This document shows positions 11,871 to 25,039 of a DNA stretch of 64,000 nucleotides, piece by piece. This stretch comes from Octopus sinensis (taxonomy: Eukaryota). Location: assembly GCF_006345805.1 (NCBI RefSeq), contig NC_043014.1, positions 28,210,001 to 28,274,000 of the forward strand, in the 5' to 3' direction. The position numbers were made by a program, and so were the translations under genes. Below the pieces are notes generated by a model, which saw only the letters and a list, made by a program, of their open reading frames with translations, ran no database searches and was not told where the DNA came from. Every line of letters starts with the position of its first letter. Positions within the stretch are counted from its first letter, which is position 1.

Positions 11871-12559
11871 GCAAAATTATTAATCTCAATTTTCAGCATA
11901 GACACAAAGTTTATGTTTCAGTGAGTGGGTTGGTGGGTGGAATATATGTTCCAAGAGAATAACGTAAATAAACCACCTTGGGTGGTAGAATTAATGTTTT
12001 GGTTAACACCACTTGGGTTTTTGGTGTCTTGAACAGAGTCCTATCTTTTGCAAGCATTCAGGCTAGGTGTCTAGTCTAAGAATAACTTTCTCCTACCAGT
12101 TTGAAGGCTCTAAAAAAAGGAAACAAGTGCTATTCTTTTTCTTTAACCATATACATTCACATGCAAATATTACCCTACATACCAATGTATGCTACTTTCA
12201 CTTTGAGATCTTTGGTACTCTTGTCAGGTATATATAGTCTTCAACAGTTGCTTGGTTTACAAAATGGTAAATTTGCTCCATGCTACAATATAAAAAGAAT
12301 TTACACTATCGTAAAATAAATTAACAATCTGGAATAAAAACAAGAACCTAGTCTTGAATTTCTTTGAAGTGATCTATGTTGTTACACCATGGTTTTGATT
12401 CTCAGCTGGCGCATATTACATTTCTGTAAGTGATACTTGAATAACACTTGGTATTTATCCTACTTCATTATATATCTGATTCCTTATAACTATAGGGAAG
12501 GTAATGGCATAGTGGACAGCTAAACTCAATATTTAACCATATTTTGTATTTAGTCTCAC

Positions 12560-12776
12560 CACCATCATCATCATAATTTAAAATCCGTTTTCCATTCTGT
12601 CATGGGTCGGACAGTTTGACTGAAAACTGGTAAACTGAGGAGCTGCTCCTGGTTCCAACCTGATTTGGCATGGTTCAGATTGAAACCTGGTGCAACTCCC
12701 CCAGTTTACCAGTTTTCAGTCAAACTGTCCAACCCTTGCCAGTATGGGAAACAGGCATTAAACGATGATGATGATG
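12560..12776. repeat. Palindrome formed by two inverted family-D SINE/RTE-tail fragments
   Basis: The segment (cat)n...ggacagtttgactgaaaactggtaaactg pairs with cagtttaccagttttcagtcaaactgtcc...(gat)n. Confidence 0.8.
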
Positions 12777-14446
12777 AGACTAAATACAAACATTCTTTAA
12801 TTCAATTTAAACCAACTATTTTTCCCTCTTCGGAAAGAAATATGAACTGTTTTTTTTTGTCTTACTGTTGTTATTTTTACTGTTATTGTTGTTGTAATGT
12901 CATGACAACTAGTGAATAGTACCATACTGAGAAATCAACTGTTATTAGTTTTACCTTCCAGTTCTATTATTCAGACTCTTATTAGATATGTCTTTGCTGT
13001 TCGTTTTTCCAGAGTTAAGATATATTGATCAAGGCAATCAGCTATTTACATCCTTTATGAAAATGTGTAAGAATGGCTGCTATTATTAGATTAAATCTAA
13101 TTAAAGAGAAACATACACAAGAAAGTAAAAACCAGAAATACACTCAGTGAATTGGCAGTTTCATTGGAGCATTGGCATAATGCCTTGTGTTTTTACTGAT
13201 AGTAATTTATGTTCTGAGTTCAAACTCCATTGAAGCTAATCTAATCTTTCATCTTTCCAGGGTCAGTAAAAAAAATATTGTTGGACATCAATATAATTTA
13301 CTGTCTTCTCTTATCCAAATTTGTGGCTTATTAGAAACATTGAGGCATTCCTACATGTGTGATCCCACTTCCCTGACTTTGCTGCCTCATAACTTCCAGA
13401 AAAATGGATATTTATTTTTTTTTTAATGAAGTTTTCCACAAATATGCTTCAGATGGTATAGATTCCAATTATACCAGAATTTATTATGAAAAATTTTTCC
13501 AAGGGTAGGGTGATGAGTTTTGGAAAATTCACATGAATTGGTTTTGTTTCCTCATGACTTTAAGGAAAATGGGAATTTTTTAATGAAATTTTCTATATAT
13601 ACCTTTCAGAGTATGTAGGTTATGATTATACCAGAATTTAATATGAAAAAAAATAAAGGAAAAAAATTTAGTGGGCTCCTTCTGGGTTTTGATAAAATGA
13701 AGTACCAATCAAGTACTGGTGCTGATGCCTTTGACTAACACCCTTTCTTCAAAATTCCTATGTTTGTGTCTAAATCAGAAACCATTCTTAGACGACCAGT
13801 GGATTGGCAGAACTCAAAGATCAATAAACAAAATATTTTCTGCATTTTGGCTTGTCCCTTTAGGTTTTGAGTTCAAATCTCTTTATGCATTGCATTCAAC
13901 TTTCTTGACCCTAAAATGATGAAAGGCTAAATTGACCGTGGCAAAATTTGAACTCAGAGTGCAGAGAGTAAGAACACATACCACATGGCTTTCCATGTGA
14001 CATTAACTTGGCCAATTTTTTACTTTAGACGGAGTACCAATAATCATGAGCAGTTAATTGGCACATCTGTAATGAGATACTTGACTCTGTGTGTTTTTCA
14101 CCATCTCTCACACACTTTATTAGGTCAAAGAGCTTTGTAAATTGAAATAGGTCTCTTTAAACTTACTGTGTAGTGAATTTCCTTAAATCTGACATACTTG
14201 AATTTGAATCCTATAGAATTACTATGTTTGTGTACGTGTACATCCGAAAAAATGACAATGATATTTGCATTTGTTAATATCTTAGCAACCATCTGAAAGA
14301 AATAGTTATGTTACTGATTAAACTGTTTGATAATGAATTATTTGTCACATATGCATTGTATTTGATACTGATAATTTCAAGTTGCTTGGGTGGATTAACA
14401 ATGTAATGTAATCCCTTATTAGTTCCTTGATACATGTTTAAGTGTG

Positions 14447-14770
14447 AAAGCACATGGCTCAGTGGTTAGAGCATCTGGCTCACAATCATGAGGTAGTGAA
14501 TTCAATTCTCAGACCGGGCTGTGTGTTGTGTTTTTGAGCAGTACACCTTATTTCATTGTTCCAGTTCACTCAGCTGTAGAAGTGAATTGCAACGTCATTG
14601 GTGCCGAGATGTATCGGCCTTTCCCTTAGATAACATTGATGGCATGGAGAGGGAAGGCTGGTATGCATGGGCAACTGCTGGTCTTCCATAAACAACCTTG
14701 CCCGGACTTGTGCCTTGTAGGGTAACTTTCTAGGTGCAATCCCATGGTCATTCATGACCAAAGGGGATCT
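14447..14770 (+). mobile_element. tRNA-derived SINE (family C)
   Basis: A-box-like tggctcagtgg and decayed B-box gaattcaattc. An inverted copy lies at ~25735-26040. Confidence 0.7.
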
Positions 14771-15749
14771 TCAACTTTTTTACACATTTAAGTGAAAATG
14801 ATGAAAAGATGTAGCAATTGTTTTGTCCCTTCTTGCAGTATTTGAAGTTTTAATTGTATTCTTTATATCTAAGAATCTCTTGTGGGTTTCTCTATGTTTA
14901 TAGACAGAAATAAAAGATGAGATAATTGAGATAGAGTTGTAGTCGTGTAACTGTAGGTTAGACCTGATCAAGCAGACCTATGGCATATAGGTAGTCAGCT
15001 AAAAATGACTAGATGCAATCCATAGCTCTAGATATGCCACATCTGGTTACAGTGTATGCCACCCTGAACTAGAAGCATTCAAATTAGTCTTGTGGAACCC
15101 ACTTCATGGTAGTGTAAGAAGAGGACAATGTTGTTACATTTACACTGACAACTTGATCGCAGACACTGGCTTGGAAGTGTGGTAGGTGGACTTTGTGGCT
15201 GCTACCTGGATTGGAACCCAACCATAATTAAATTAATAATAAATAATATGCTTCACCTTCTAGTTGTGGATCATATTGCCCAGTCTGATGTGCATTGGTA
15301 TTTGTTGTTTATAAGATTGGAGCCTGGTGCAGCCATCTAGTTCACCAGTCCTCAGTCAAATTGTCCAACCCACGCTAGCATGGAAAGCAGATGTTAAACG
15401 ATGATGATGATGAAGAGACGTGTATCCTCTCCACTATCTATGACATTTCTGCACACCTGTGTAATCTTCGTTTAAAAGGAAGCATCTACAGGATCACTGA
15501 ACCTATTAAATACTAGAAATAGTAGCCAAGTCATCCTCAAACTTGACCTTACTATCATAAGGGTTGAATATTCTGGTTAACTCAGTCATGGATAGAATAT
15601 GCTGTGAAAGATGATGAGATTATCTCAGCTAGAACACCGTTAGGAAGAAATGCCATATAAAACTGAAAGTTGTGTATTATGGGATATCATATAGTGAGGT
15701 GATGATGGTGCAGTTAGTAAAGTGAATATATTTATTAACTATACAGAGC

Positions 15750-16060
15750 TTGTTCAACAAGCATTGAGTCAATGTTGCTGAAGCTTCAGTTATGCTGGAC
15801 TGGCCATGTCATCAAAATGACTGACAGCTGTTTACAGTGACCTCATGCAGGGTTCACATAAACAAGGACACCCTGTAAAGCACCCTCAAATAGAATGACA
15901 TTAATTCATGTCACCTTACATGCAGCAGCTGCCTTTGAAGAGAACCGGTGACAGTGTCTTGCTGCTGCAAGAGACAGACATCACAGGGTAGTGTCTACCT
16001 CGATCAAGATAACAGACTGTCATTGTGACACCTGTGAGCGTCTAGCTTTTGACCGTGGTG
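15750..16060 (+). mobile_element. RTE-clade LINE 3' remnant
   Basis: Translates to SIESMLLKLQLCWTGHVIKMTD, matching the RTE motif SIEAMLxxxQLRWAGHVxRM, with a decayed C-terminal CxxC. Confidence 0.55.
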
Positions 16061-18304
16061 TCACATGGGCTCTCATCATTGAGAACACAGACGTTGTCAT
16101 CATTGGACAACAATGGGCTACTGTCAATTACCTCTGTATACACTCTCTTTATAGCGGTGACTTTAAAAATTTGTGATTTTAAATTTCTAGTTTTAAAGAT
16201 ATGGGAGAGATACAGGATGAAGGCTGCTAAATCTGGTGTGTTCGAGCTATTGTTCAACTCCAGGTCAGCCCTAGTCCATTGTTTTATGGGGATAAGCTTT
16301 ACAGTTCTGACTATTTTGTAGTTTCCAGGTATGTCATATATCTTGAACTACATTAAAGTGGCTTTCCTTTTTTTAACAATCCTTGGGTATGATTTGAGGG
16401 TGATTGGCTGTTATTTCGTTCAGGTTGAGTAATCATGTAAATATGGGTGTTTTGTTGTATAGCTATAGTCACCTTTCCTTAAACAGACATGTCAACTTTA
16501 CTAGCATTCCAATGGTGGCCATCATTTCTTTTCATTATATTGTTTCAGAGTTGATTTCTGTTGTATATTCTTCCCATTTTAAAATTGATATGGAATGATT
16601 TGATGTCATTTGATTGTTGTTGCTTGCAGATCTAGCAACCATATAGAGGCTACCTTATATGTGTATGGTTGATTGCCTGTGTATGATTATGCATTCAACA
16701 CCAAGTTATTGAATTGGAAATCCATTCAGCAAACCAAGAGTTGGTCCCCAGATAATTATATTCAAAATCTCTTGTTTGCATCTTTTGTTTCAGTCATTAG
16801 AATGTGGCCATACTAGAGCACTGCCTTGAGGAATTTTAGTAGAACTATTCGACCCTGATACTTATTTTCTCTTTTAAGCCTGGTACTTATTCTGTCAGTC
16901 TATTTCACCAAACTACTAAGTTATGGGGACATAAACACACGGGTTGTCAAGCAGTAGTCAGTCTCTCTCTCTCTCTCTCTCTCTCTCTTGCACATGCGAC
17001 TTCTTTCTGTTTCTGTCTACTAAATCCACTTATAAGGCTTTGGTTGGCCTGGGGTTATAGTAAAAGACACTTGCCCAAGATACCATGTGATTGGAAGCAA
17101 GCTTCTTACCACATAGCCACATCTGCACTTATGAATAATCTTTTTTATGTGTTCAAATCTTTAGCTGTGTAAATTTTAATACATCAAACAAGCAGCCTTT
17201 AGATTTTGTTTTGTCACGACAGAGCTCTTTTGATTAATTTTGCTCACAACTCAATTAACTGGTTTTCAATCCAGATGCAATTTCATCTTCATCACTGCTA
17301 TCTTTGTCACTTCATTGTTATCTTAGCATTCATAACATTGTTGTTTCAAGTGAGTGCCATGATAGACAAGTTTTTCTTTATCCACAAGGACAGATTCTGT
17401 TTTATAAGCCTATTCGGTGTCTCCTTTTGTGATAGATTCTATAACACTGTTTTGCAAACTCTCTTTAGCTCATTGTCTGTGTATGTTTCAAGTGCTATAA
17501 AAGTACATTACTATGGAAACAAATCATTTCAAAATAATAAAAATGCTGATAATGATGATATGAGGACATATGGACAATAACATTGAAAATAATCGTACAC
17601 CTAGAACAGTAAAATAGAAATAATATTAATCATGATTATATTAAACAATAAACAGATGCCTATGTATGTGTGACATCTGTTGCTCACTAAAATAACAGTA
17701 AGGATTTAAATTTTAAGGAAAGAAATATTCTTATGTAGGTTGTTCTTCCTAATGCTAACCACTCCACAGAGTGTACTGGATGTTTTTTATGACACCAGCA
17801 TCCACACCAATGCTTTTTACATGGCACCTTGGTTTTAAGGATCTCAATTCTCTTGTGGTGGGTGGGTGGGTGATTTTATGTGGCACCTTGATTTTAGAAT
17901 CTCAATACATGTGTATATGTCTATGTATGTACATGTATGAAAAATTATGTGCACACATTTATGCATAAATGTGGTATGTGTATATATGTATGTAACATGT
18001 GCATATATATATATATATATATTACTAATGTTTTCCACTCCTAAAAGGCACAAGTATAGACATCACTAAAGTGACTGAGGGTGCTAGTCAGCACCAGCAT
18101 TGCTAGAAATAAGAGTCAGAACAGCTCTTAGCCACAGGGAAGCACTTAGCTAATGAGTGACAAGGGAGATAAGCTACCTACAGCACTTAGGCAGAGCCAG
18201 ATCATCAATTGATGATTTTGGATTTGATTAATCCTCATCAATGACTCTTATGTGTATATCTAAAATTATATATATATCTTTATGCATCTGTATGTGCATA
18301 TATC

Positions 18305-18605
18305 ATCATCATCATCATCGTTTAACGTCCGTTTTCCGCGCTAGCACGGGTTGGACGGTTTCGACCGGGGTCTGGGGAGCCAGGGGCTGCCCCAGGCTCC
18401 AGTCTGGTCTGGCAGTGTTTCTACAGCTGGATGCCCTTCCTAACGCCAACCACTCCGCGAGTGTAGTGGGTGCTTTTTACGTGCCACCTGCACAGGTGCC
18501 AGAGGGGTCTGGCATCGGCCACGGTCAGTTGGTGCTTTTTATGTGCCACCTGCACAGAAGCCAGTCGGGGGCGGTGCTGGCATCGGCCACGTTCGGATGG
18601 TGCTT
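18305..18605 (+). mobile_element. Young family-D SINE-like repeat (catcatcatcgtttaacgtccg... type)
   Basis: CpG-intact copy. Related copies lie at 15320-15410, 20600-20950 (minus) and 39590-39850. Confidence 0.7.
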
Positions 18606-19180
18606 TTTATGTGGGGGGGAGGGGTGTTCGGAGAAACTATGACAGGTTCTAGACAAGTAGAACGTATGATATCACGAGAGGGGTAATGCATGGTGAAATA
18701 GCGTATTGAAGAGGGGGTTTCGAAGAGTAGACACCTATAATGGTGGTGGGAGAAGCGACATCCGGTATAGATGGAGCAAAAATATAGAGATATCCGGTAT
18801 TGGTGGTGGGGGTGGGCAAGGGCGGGTGCACCGCGAATACGCGAAGGTTGAAAGACGAGAGAGCGAGGACTTGGGCAAAATTAATAAAGGGACGGTGGAG
18901 AAATGGAGAAATTATCGGCATATAATGATGAGAGGAATTAGGGAATACAATGACAACTGCTTAAGCGTATTAGTAATTAGTAAGTAGATAAAATAGATAG
19001 ATAGATAAAAACATAATCAAGAAATGAGGCACGTTACTTGACGGGCTGGCTTAAAATGCTCTTAGCAATGGAAGGGGGAAGGAAGAGGGGGAGGGCAGGC
19101 AACGTAAAAGAGGGAGAGAGATGAAGGGAATAGTGGAACCCCGCGAAAATCGGCCGCCATTGAAAACCCCTATATATATA
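18606..19180. mobile_element. Unclassified young purine-rich insertion ending in (TA)n
   Basis: G/A-rich and CpG-retaining within a CpG-poor intron. It truncates the preceding SINE. No recognisable protein. Confidence 0.35.
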
Positions 19181-19905
19181 TATGTTGAATGTTATAGAGA
19201 ACCTAACAGAAACTGAGCTACACATTTTATTTTGCTCTTAAATTCTTTTTCTGCATAAATATATATGTGTGTATGTTTCATGTTAAGTTTTCAAGTGGCT
19301 GAATTGATTGGAAGCTGGTCTACTATTTGACGTTTTTGTTTATATCTCACCATGGTGTTGTACAATATTGATTCAAGATATTTCATTCTAAACCAGCTGT
19401 AAATAGGTTCTATGAGGAAGTACTGTTCAACGCTATATATAGAAATGGTACTTATATAGCTGGCTGGTGATTTGTTAGCTCTTATCACATTGAGTTTAAG
19501 TGACCTCGTAGAATTTATGTGAACCAGGAAGAGACAACAATGTTTTCCACTCCTAAGTGTTCACTGGTTTATGGAAATGTTGTTACTGCTGTTGTTAAGG
19601 GAGCAAGCTGGCAGTATTGTTAGCATGCTGGACAAAATGCTAAAATGGCATTTCATCTAACTTTATGTTTGAAGTTCAAATTTTGTTGAAGTCTACTTTG
19701 CTCTTTGTCCTTTTGGAGTTGATAAAATAAGTAGTAGTTGAGCATTGGAATTGATGTAATCAACTAGCTCCTCCCCCAATATATCTCAGGTATTGTGCCT
19801 AGTAAAAAGAGTTGTTATTATTGTACTCTTGATAGCTGTTTTGGCTTATTGCTGTTGTTGTTGCTAAAGCAACTACTGCAAAGTATACATATTGATTCAC
19901 TTAGA

Positions 19906-20210
19906 TCAGTGGATCTCAACCATTTTTTACCGATAGATCCCTCTGATTACTATTTATTCCAGTGGACCCCCATTGTGATTTGATATTTAAAAACTAGTTC
20001 TTTTGAAATTCTTATTTGTTTTTTATACGTTGTATCATGTACGTTGAACTATGTAAGATGTTAGAGAAAGAAACCTAGCTGTTTCTTGCACTAAATACAT
20101 CTAAAGCAAAATTTTTTTGTGAACCCTTAAGATACTACCGTGGACTCAATTTGCTATTTTGCTTGTGTGGACCCCCAGAAATATTATATGGACCTTGGTT
20201 GAGAACTACC
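19906..20210. mobile_element. hAT/Charlie-like MITE
   Basis: Termini are cagtggatctcaacc and ggttgagaactaccg. A second left end, cagtggttctcaacc, at 21601 is interrupted by the LINE. No clear 8-bp TSD. Confidence 0.45.
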
Positions 20211-21095
20211 GACGTAACCCTATAGTATTCACATTATTCTGTCAAAAGTAATGCTTATTTATTCCAATTTTCTTTAATTAATCATGCATTAGCTTGTAGC
20301 TATGAGATTTTGATGAGACAACTTAAATTTTTTAGAATGGCATTGTAGAGTAGGTGTGAGAAATTAGATCTGACCAGTTTGGAAGTAAAACAGATAGAAT
20401 ATTTTGACTGGTTATGGCTGGTTTAAATGCTAAAAGGTTTAACACTAGTGCAGCCTGGCATATAGACTGCAGATATTTTGATTGACTTGTTTGTGCTGAC
20501 TCTTGATCAGCCCTGCACCAGCAGATCTTTATTACTGTAGCAGTAGCTGATGGAATGAAAGTTTGAATATCGTCTTTGTTTTTCTTTTAATATTTTCTTT
20601 AACGTTTGGCTCCCTGTGCCGGTGGCATGTAAAAAGCACCATCCATCCTGTGTTGGTGGCATGTAAAAAGCACCACCCGAATGTGGCTGATGCCAGCGCT
20701 GCTTTGACTGGCTCTCATGCCGGTGACACGTAAAAGCATCATCCAAACGTGGTCGATGCCTGTCCTCCTCTGGCTCCTGTGCCAGTGGCACATAAACAGC
20801 ACCTTCTAAACTCTCAAAGTGGTAGGTGTTACGAAGGGCATCCAGCTGAGAAATACTGTCAGATCAGACTGGAGCCTGGTGCAGCCTCCTGGCTTCCCAG
20901 ACCCCCAGTCGAACCATCCAGCATGGAAAACGGACATTAAACGATGATGATTATGTTTAAGACTTAAAACTTGTGGAGTCACCATTTTGAAGACAGTAAG
21001 GCATTTGTAGAGGTAGATCTGGTCAAGAATATTGGGAAAGTTGAGAAACCATGTAGGAAGTGCTTTGATGTTTATCCAAGATGTCCTCATTTTAA

Positions 21096-21174
21096 CCCTT
21101 TCGATACAAATGTCCTTTTTCAAAAAATCTTTGAGTTTCATGTTAATTTTAACAGAAATATGACAACAAAAGGG
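21096..21174. mobile_element. piggyBac-like MITE (short)
   Basis: TTAA|CCCTTT ... AAAGGG|TTAA. Confidence 0.5.
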
Positions 21175-21231
21175 TTAAAGACAACAGGAAGGAATTGACT
21201 TTACTGTATACATCAATATTTTGATGTTTAA

Positions 21232-21452
21232 CCCTTTCGTTACTGTATTTATTTTCAGATGCTTTGTGTTCCTTTCAATTACTTTAAATATTAACAAAGA
21301 ATTTAGTAAAATAACTTAGTTATCAATCAGCTAGTGTTAGGAACATAAATTGTGACTAAGGTTTGGTGGAAGATTTTAATTCAAAACTTATGAAAACAAG
21401 ACATTTGTACTCAGTGCCAGAGCCGGTTTCAGCCAGGTTGGTAACGAAAGGG
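21232..21452. mobile_element. piggyBac-like MITE
   Basis: TTAA|CCCTTTCGTTAC ... GTAACGAAAGGG|TTAA, giving 12-bp TIRs and a TTAA TSD. Confidence 0.7.
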
Positions 21453-21709
21453 TTAAATCCAGGTTACTCTGACTGGGTTGCCCTAAGATTAAAGACATTC
21501 CTGCTGTGATTGTCTCATCTGTTTTCTATTTTTCAGCTTGGTATAGTTTAGAAGGTAGATTTTGCCACTATTTTTAGTAGGTCAAGTAAAACATATAGAG
21601 CAGTGGTTCTCAACCATTTTTTACCTATAGACCCCTTTAATTCCTATTTCATTCAGGTGGATCCTCTGAACCATTCAGTGTTTAAAAAAATTTCTATCAT
21701 ATTTTTATA

Positions 21710-23013
21710 GTTTCATTTCATTTCATTTGAGTTTGAGTCCATGCTCAGGCCAAGTCGAAGACTCCACCCTCAGAGTCTGGTGTGGTTGCCAGGTTGTATT
21801 CTCTGTTTAATTTTGACATGTGTAGGAGCGAGTTTGAGTCAGTTTGTGCTCGTTGTGTATATCCTGGGAGATGGGGTTCATCTCTAATGGTGCTTAAGTA
21901 TCTATCCAGCTGCAATTTGAATGATTCCACACTGCATCCTGATAGATTTCTGACATGTACCGGAATGGAGTTGAATAGTTGTGCTCCTCGAACCAACAGA
22001 CTTGACTCTCGCAGGGTTTTTGCTGCCTGGCCAGCCTTTTTGTTGATTGGTGGTAGCTGGCAGCGTCTTCCGTGGCGCAGTGAGTGGTAGGTTTTGATAC
22101 CAAAGTTTGGCACCTTTTGCTCTATCATTTTCCAAATGTATATAATTCGGTATCGCTCAAATCTTCTTTCTATTGAGTACATCTTCAAGGTTTTGAGTCT
22201 TTGCCAATAGTCCAGGTCCCTCGTTTCTGAGAAGTATGAGGTAAAATTTCTTTGGAGCGATTCCATCTTAGATAGTTGGCCCTTTGTTGTTGGTGACCAC
22301 AACTGAGAACAGTAGTCAATCCTCGGAAGTATCATACTGTTCCAGAGGGTTTTCATTGTTGAGGTATCTCTTGATTTGAAGGTGCGCAAGATCCACCCGC
22401 TGTACTTTCTTGCAGTCAAGGTGTTCTCTGAATTTTAGGCTGGTTCCCATGTGGATGCCTAAATCTTTCACATACTGTTTTTCCATTATTTGTTGTCCTG
22501 ATGGGTTTCTGTAGTTTGTTGTATTTTTCAGATCTTGATCTGTTCCGTAGCGAATTAGTTCAAACTTCTTATCATTGAACAACATGTTGTTTGTTTCCTG
22601 CCATTTATATATGGTGGTCAGGTCCTTTTGTAAGGCCTCTGTATCCACCTCGTCTTTGATTTGTCTCATGACCCTGGTGTCGTCAGCAAAGGATGAGACG
22701 TTGCTGGTTGTATCTTCATCTATGTCAGAGACGAGGATGAGAAACAGGATTGGGCCGAGTACTGTACCCTGAGGAACACTGCTGGTCACAGGTGATGGTG
22801 TTGAATGGGTTCCATTCACAGTGACTGTTTGAGTTCTATTTGTAAGGAACTCATGTATCCATGTACTAACTTTTCCTCCTACTCCTAGCTTTCGAAGTTT
22901 GTGACCCAGGATGCCATGATTTACCTTGTCAAATGCCTTGGCAAAGTCGAGGTAAATAACATCTGTGTTGTATCCATTCTCTAGATTTTCTAGGATTTGG
23001 TCATGGTGTGCCA

Positions 23014-23063
<50 letters not shown>

Positions 23064-23550
23064 TGTGTACAGTGCTCAGGTGCACTACAACTCATCTAAA
23101 GTGTATATATAATCAGGTGTAGTTTCGGCGGATTTCGGAAAGCATGAGGGCCTTAAAGGATGCAGTGTCATGGCAGTCAACAACTGACGCAGGCAGTTCA
23201 TTCCACGCTTCAGCAACCCTGAGCATGAAAAAATGTTTCCGAAAGTCATGGGAGCTGTGCTGTTTTCTGACTTTGTAGGCATGACATGATCTACCTAACC
23301 TGAATCCATGCTGGTTGCAATTCATCAGATTGTTGGATTCCAGGAACTCAACCAGTTTTCCACGAACTATTCTTTCGAAGACCTTGATAATGTGTGATGT
23401 CAGTGAGATTGGTCGGTAGTTCTTTGGTTTTGATTTGCTGTCCCTTTTATGTATCGGAGTTATGTGTGCTTCTTTATATGTATTTGGTATTTTGCCATTC
23501 TCCATAGATTCCCTCCATATCATGTAAAGGGGTTTCAACAATTGTACTTT
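21710..23550 (-). mobile_element. 5'-truncated CR1-group LINE (reverse transcriptase C-terminal half), interrupted by a nested insertion
   Basis: Motifs NYRPISLTSHIIKVFER, QHGFRLGRSC, YLDFAKAFDKVNH, VPQGTVLGPILF and FADDTRV are present. There is a frameshift near 22400 and an (AATGA)n-like 3' tail at ~21710-21730. Confidence 0.9.
23006..23283 (-). mobile_element. Nested 3' fragment of a second CR1-group LINE with a (TTA)n tail
   Basis: The sequence matches 43005-43290 (YKVRKQHSSHDFRKHFFMLRVAEAWN). It splits the host RT between GRSC and LLAHHDQ. Confidence 0.8.
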
Positions 23551-23639
23551 GCAGTTTTTAAGTATCATAGTTAAATATTATTAGGAATTGCATAAAAATT
23601 TTTTAATATTTTGTGTATTGTCAAAGTATACCTTTTATC

Positions 23640-24203
23640 TTTTACTTGTTTGTCATTTGACTGTGGCCATGCTGGGGCACCACCTTGAAGGGTTTTAGTC
23701 AAAAGATCCCAGGGTTTATTTTTTAAAACTGAGCTGTTATTCTGTCTGTCTCTTTTGCCAAACTGCTAAGTTACAGAGATGTAAACACACTAACACCTGT
23801 TGTCAAGTGATGGTGAGGAACAAACACATACACACGCACAGATGACAGGCTTCTTCCAGTTTCTGTCTACCAAATCCACTCACAAAGCTTTGGTCAGCCT
23901 GGGGCTATAGTAGAAGACACTTGTCCAAGGTGCACATTGTGGGACTGAACCTGGAGTTGTGTGGTTGGGAAGCAAACTTATTACCACACAGCTATGCCTG
24001 TACCTAACTAATTTATTCTTTTATTCTTATCAGTCATTTGACTGCGGCCATGCTGGAGCACCGCCTTTAATTGTAAACCTAGTACTTATTCTATTGGCCT
24101 CTTTTGCTGAGCCGCTAAGTTATAGGTATACAAACACACCAGCATCGTTTGTCAAGCAATGTTGGAGACAAACACAGACATACAAATATATACACACACA
24201 TAC

Positions 24204-24270
<67 letters not shown>

Positions 24271-24420
24271 CTTCTTTCAGTTTCCATCTACCAAATCCAC
24301 TCACAAAGCTTTGGTCAGCCTGAGGCTATAGTAGAAGACACTTGCCCAAAGTGCCACACAGTGGGACTGGAACTGTATGGTTGGTAAGCAAGCTACTTAC
24401 CACACAGCCATTCCTGCTCA
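23640..24420 (+). mobile_element. Two family-B SINE copies with internal microsatellites
   Basis: The start 'gtcatttgactg(t/c)ggccatgctgg' occurs at ~23652 and ~24032. Confidence 0.75.
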
Positions 24421-25039
24421 TAAATTTTTTAACAAAGTGATTATTATATGGACTCTTATGATCATTTCATCCTTTTTCTATTTTTCATATAGTTTAGAAG
24501 GTAGACTGTGCTACTATTTCTAGTACATTGCGTGACCATATAGAGACTTTCTTGTTAGTTGTAGATGTGAAGTGGGTTATTTTGATGAGGTGTAATGTTG
24601 GAATGAAGCAAATTCCAAACTGAACTAAAATTTTGCACCACCGTTGCTATGGTTACCATATCATTTAATTTGTGTTACTCTTGTTATACCAGCCTGTCTT
24701 ATTTGTATATTTTTTTAGGTTGAATATTTCTGTATAAATTGAAGTATTATAGCTCTGTCCCTTCTCTACTCTTCTAACCAGTTAACAAAGTGGTACATAG
24801 TCTCAGTCTAACTGACTGTGGCAAACTAATTTATGTGTATACAGACATATCCTAATAGCTTAGCATTTTACTTAAAACCTCTTATGCTACTAATAATGCA
24901 GTGACTGTAAGGGCCATACTTAGACATATTACCACACACACATACACACAGAGAATTGTATACACAACAATAAAATATATAAATATATTTTTAAATGTGA
25001 TGATGTTGAAGCTTGTCTATTTGATATCTTTACAATAAT

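Noticed and set aside
22316-23095. 259-aa ORF with a long poly-Leu 'signal peptide' fused to an RT
   Set aside because: Chimeric: the poly-Leu is the (TTA)n tail of a nested LINE fragment read in frame with a decayed RT.
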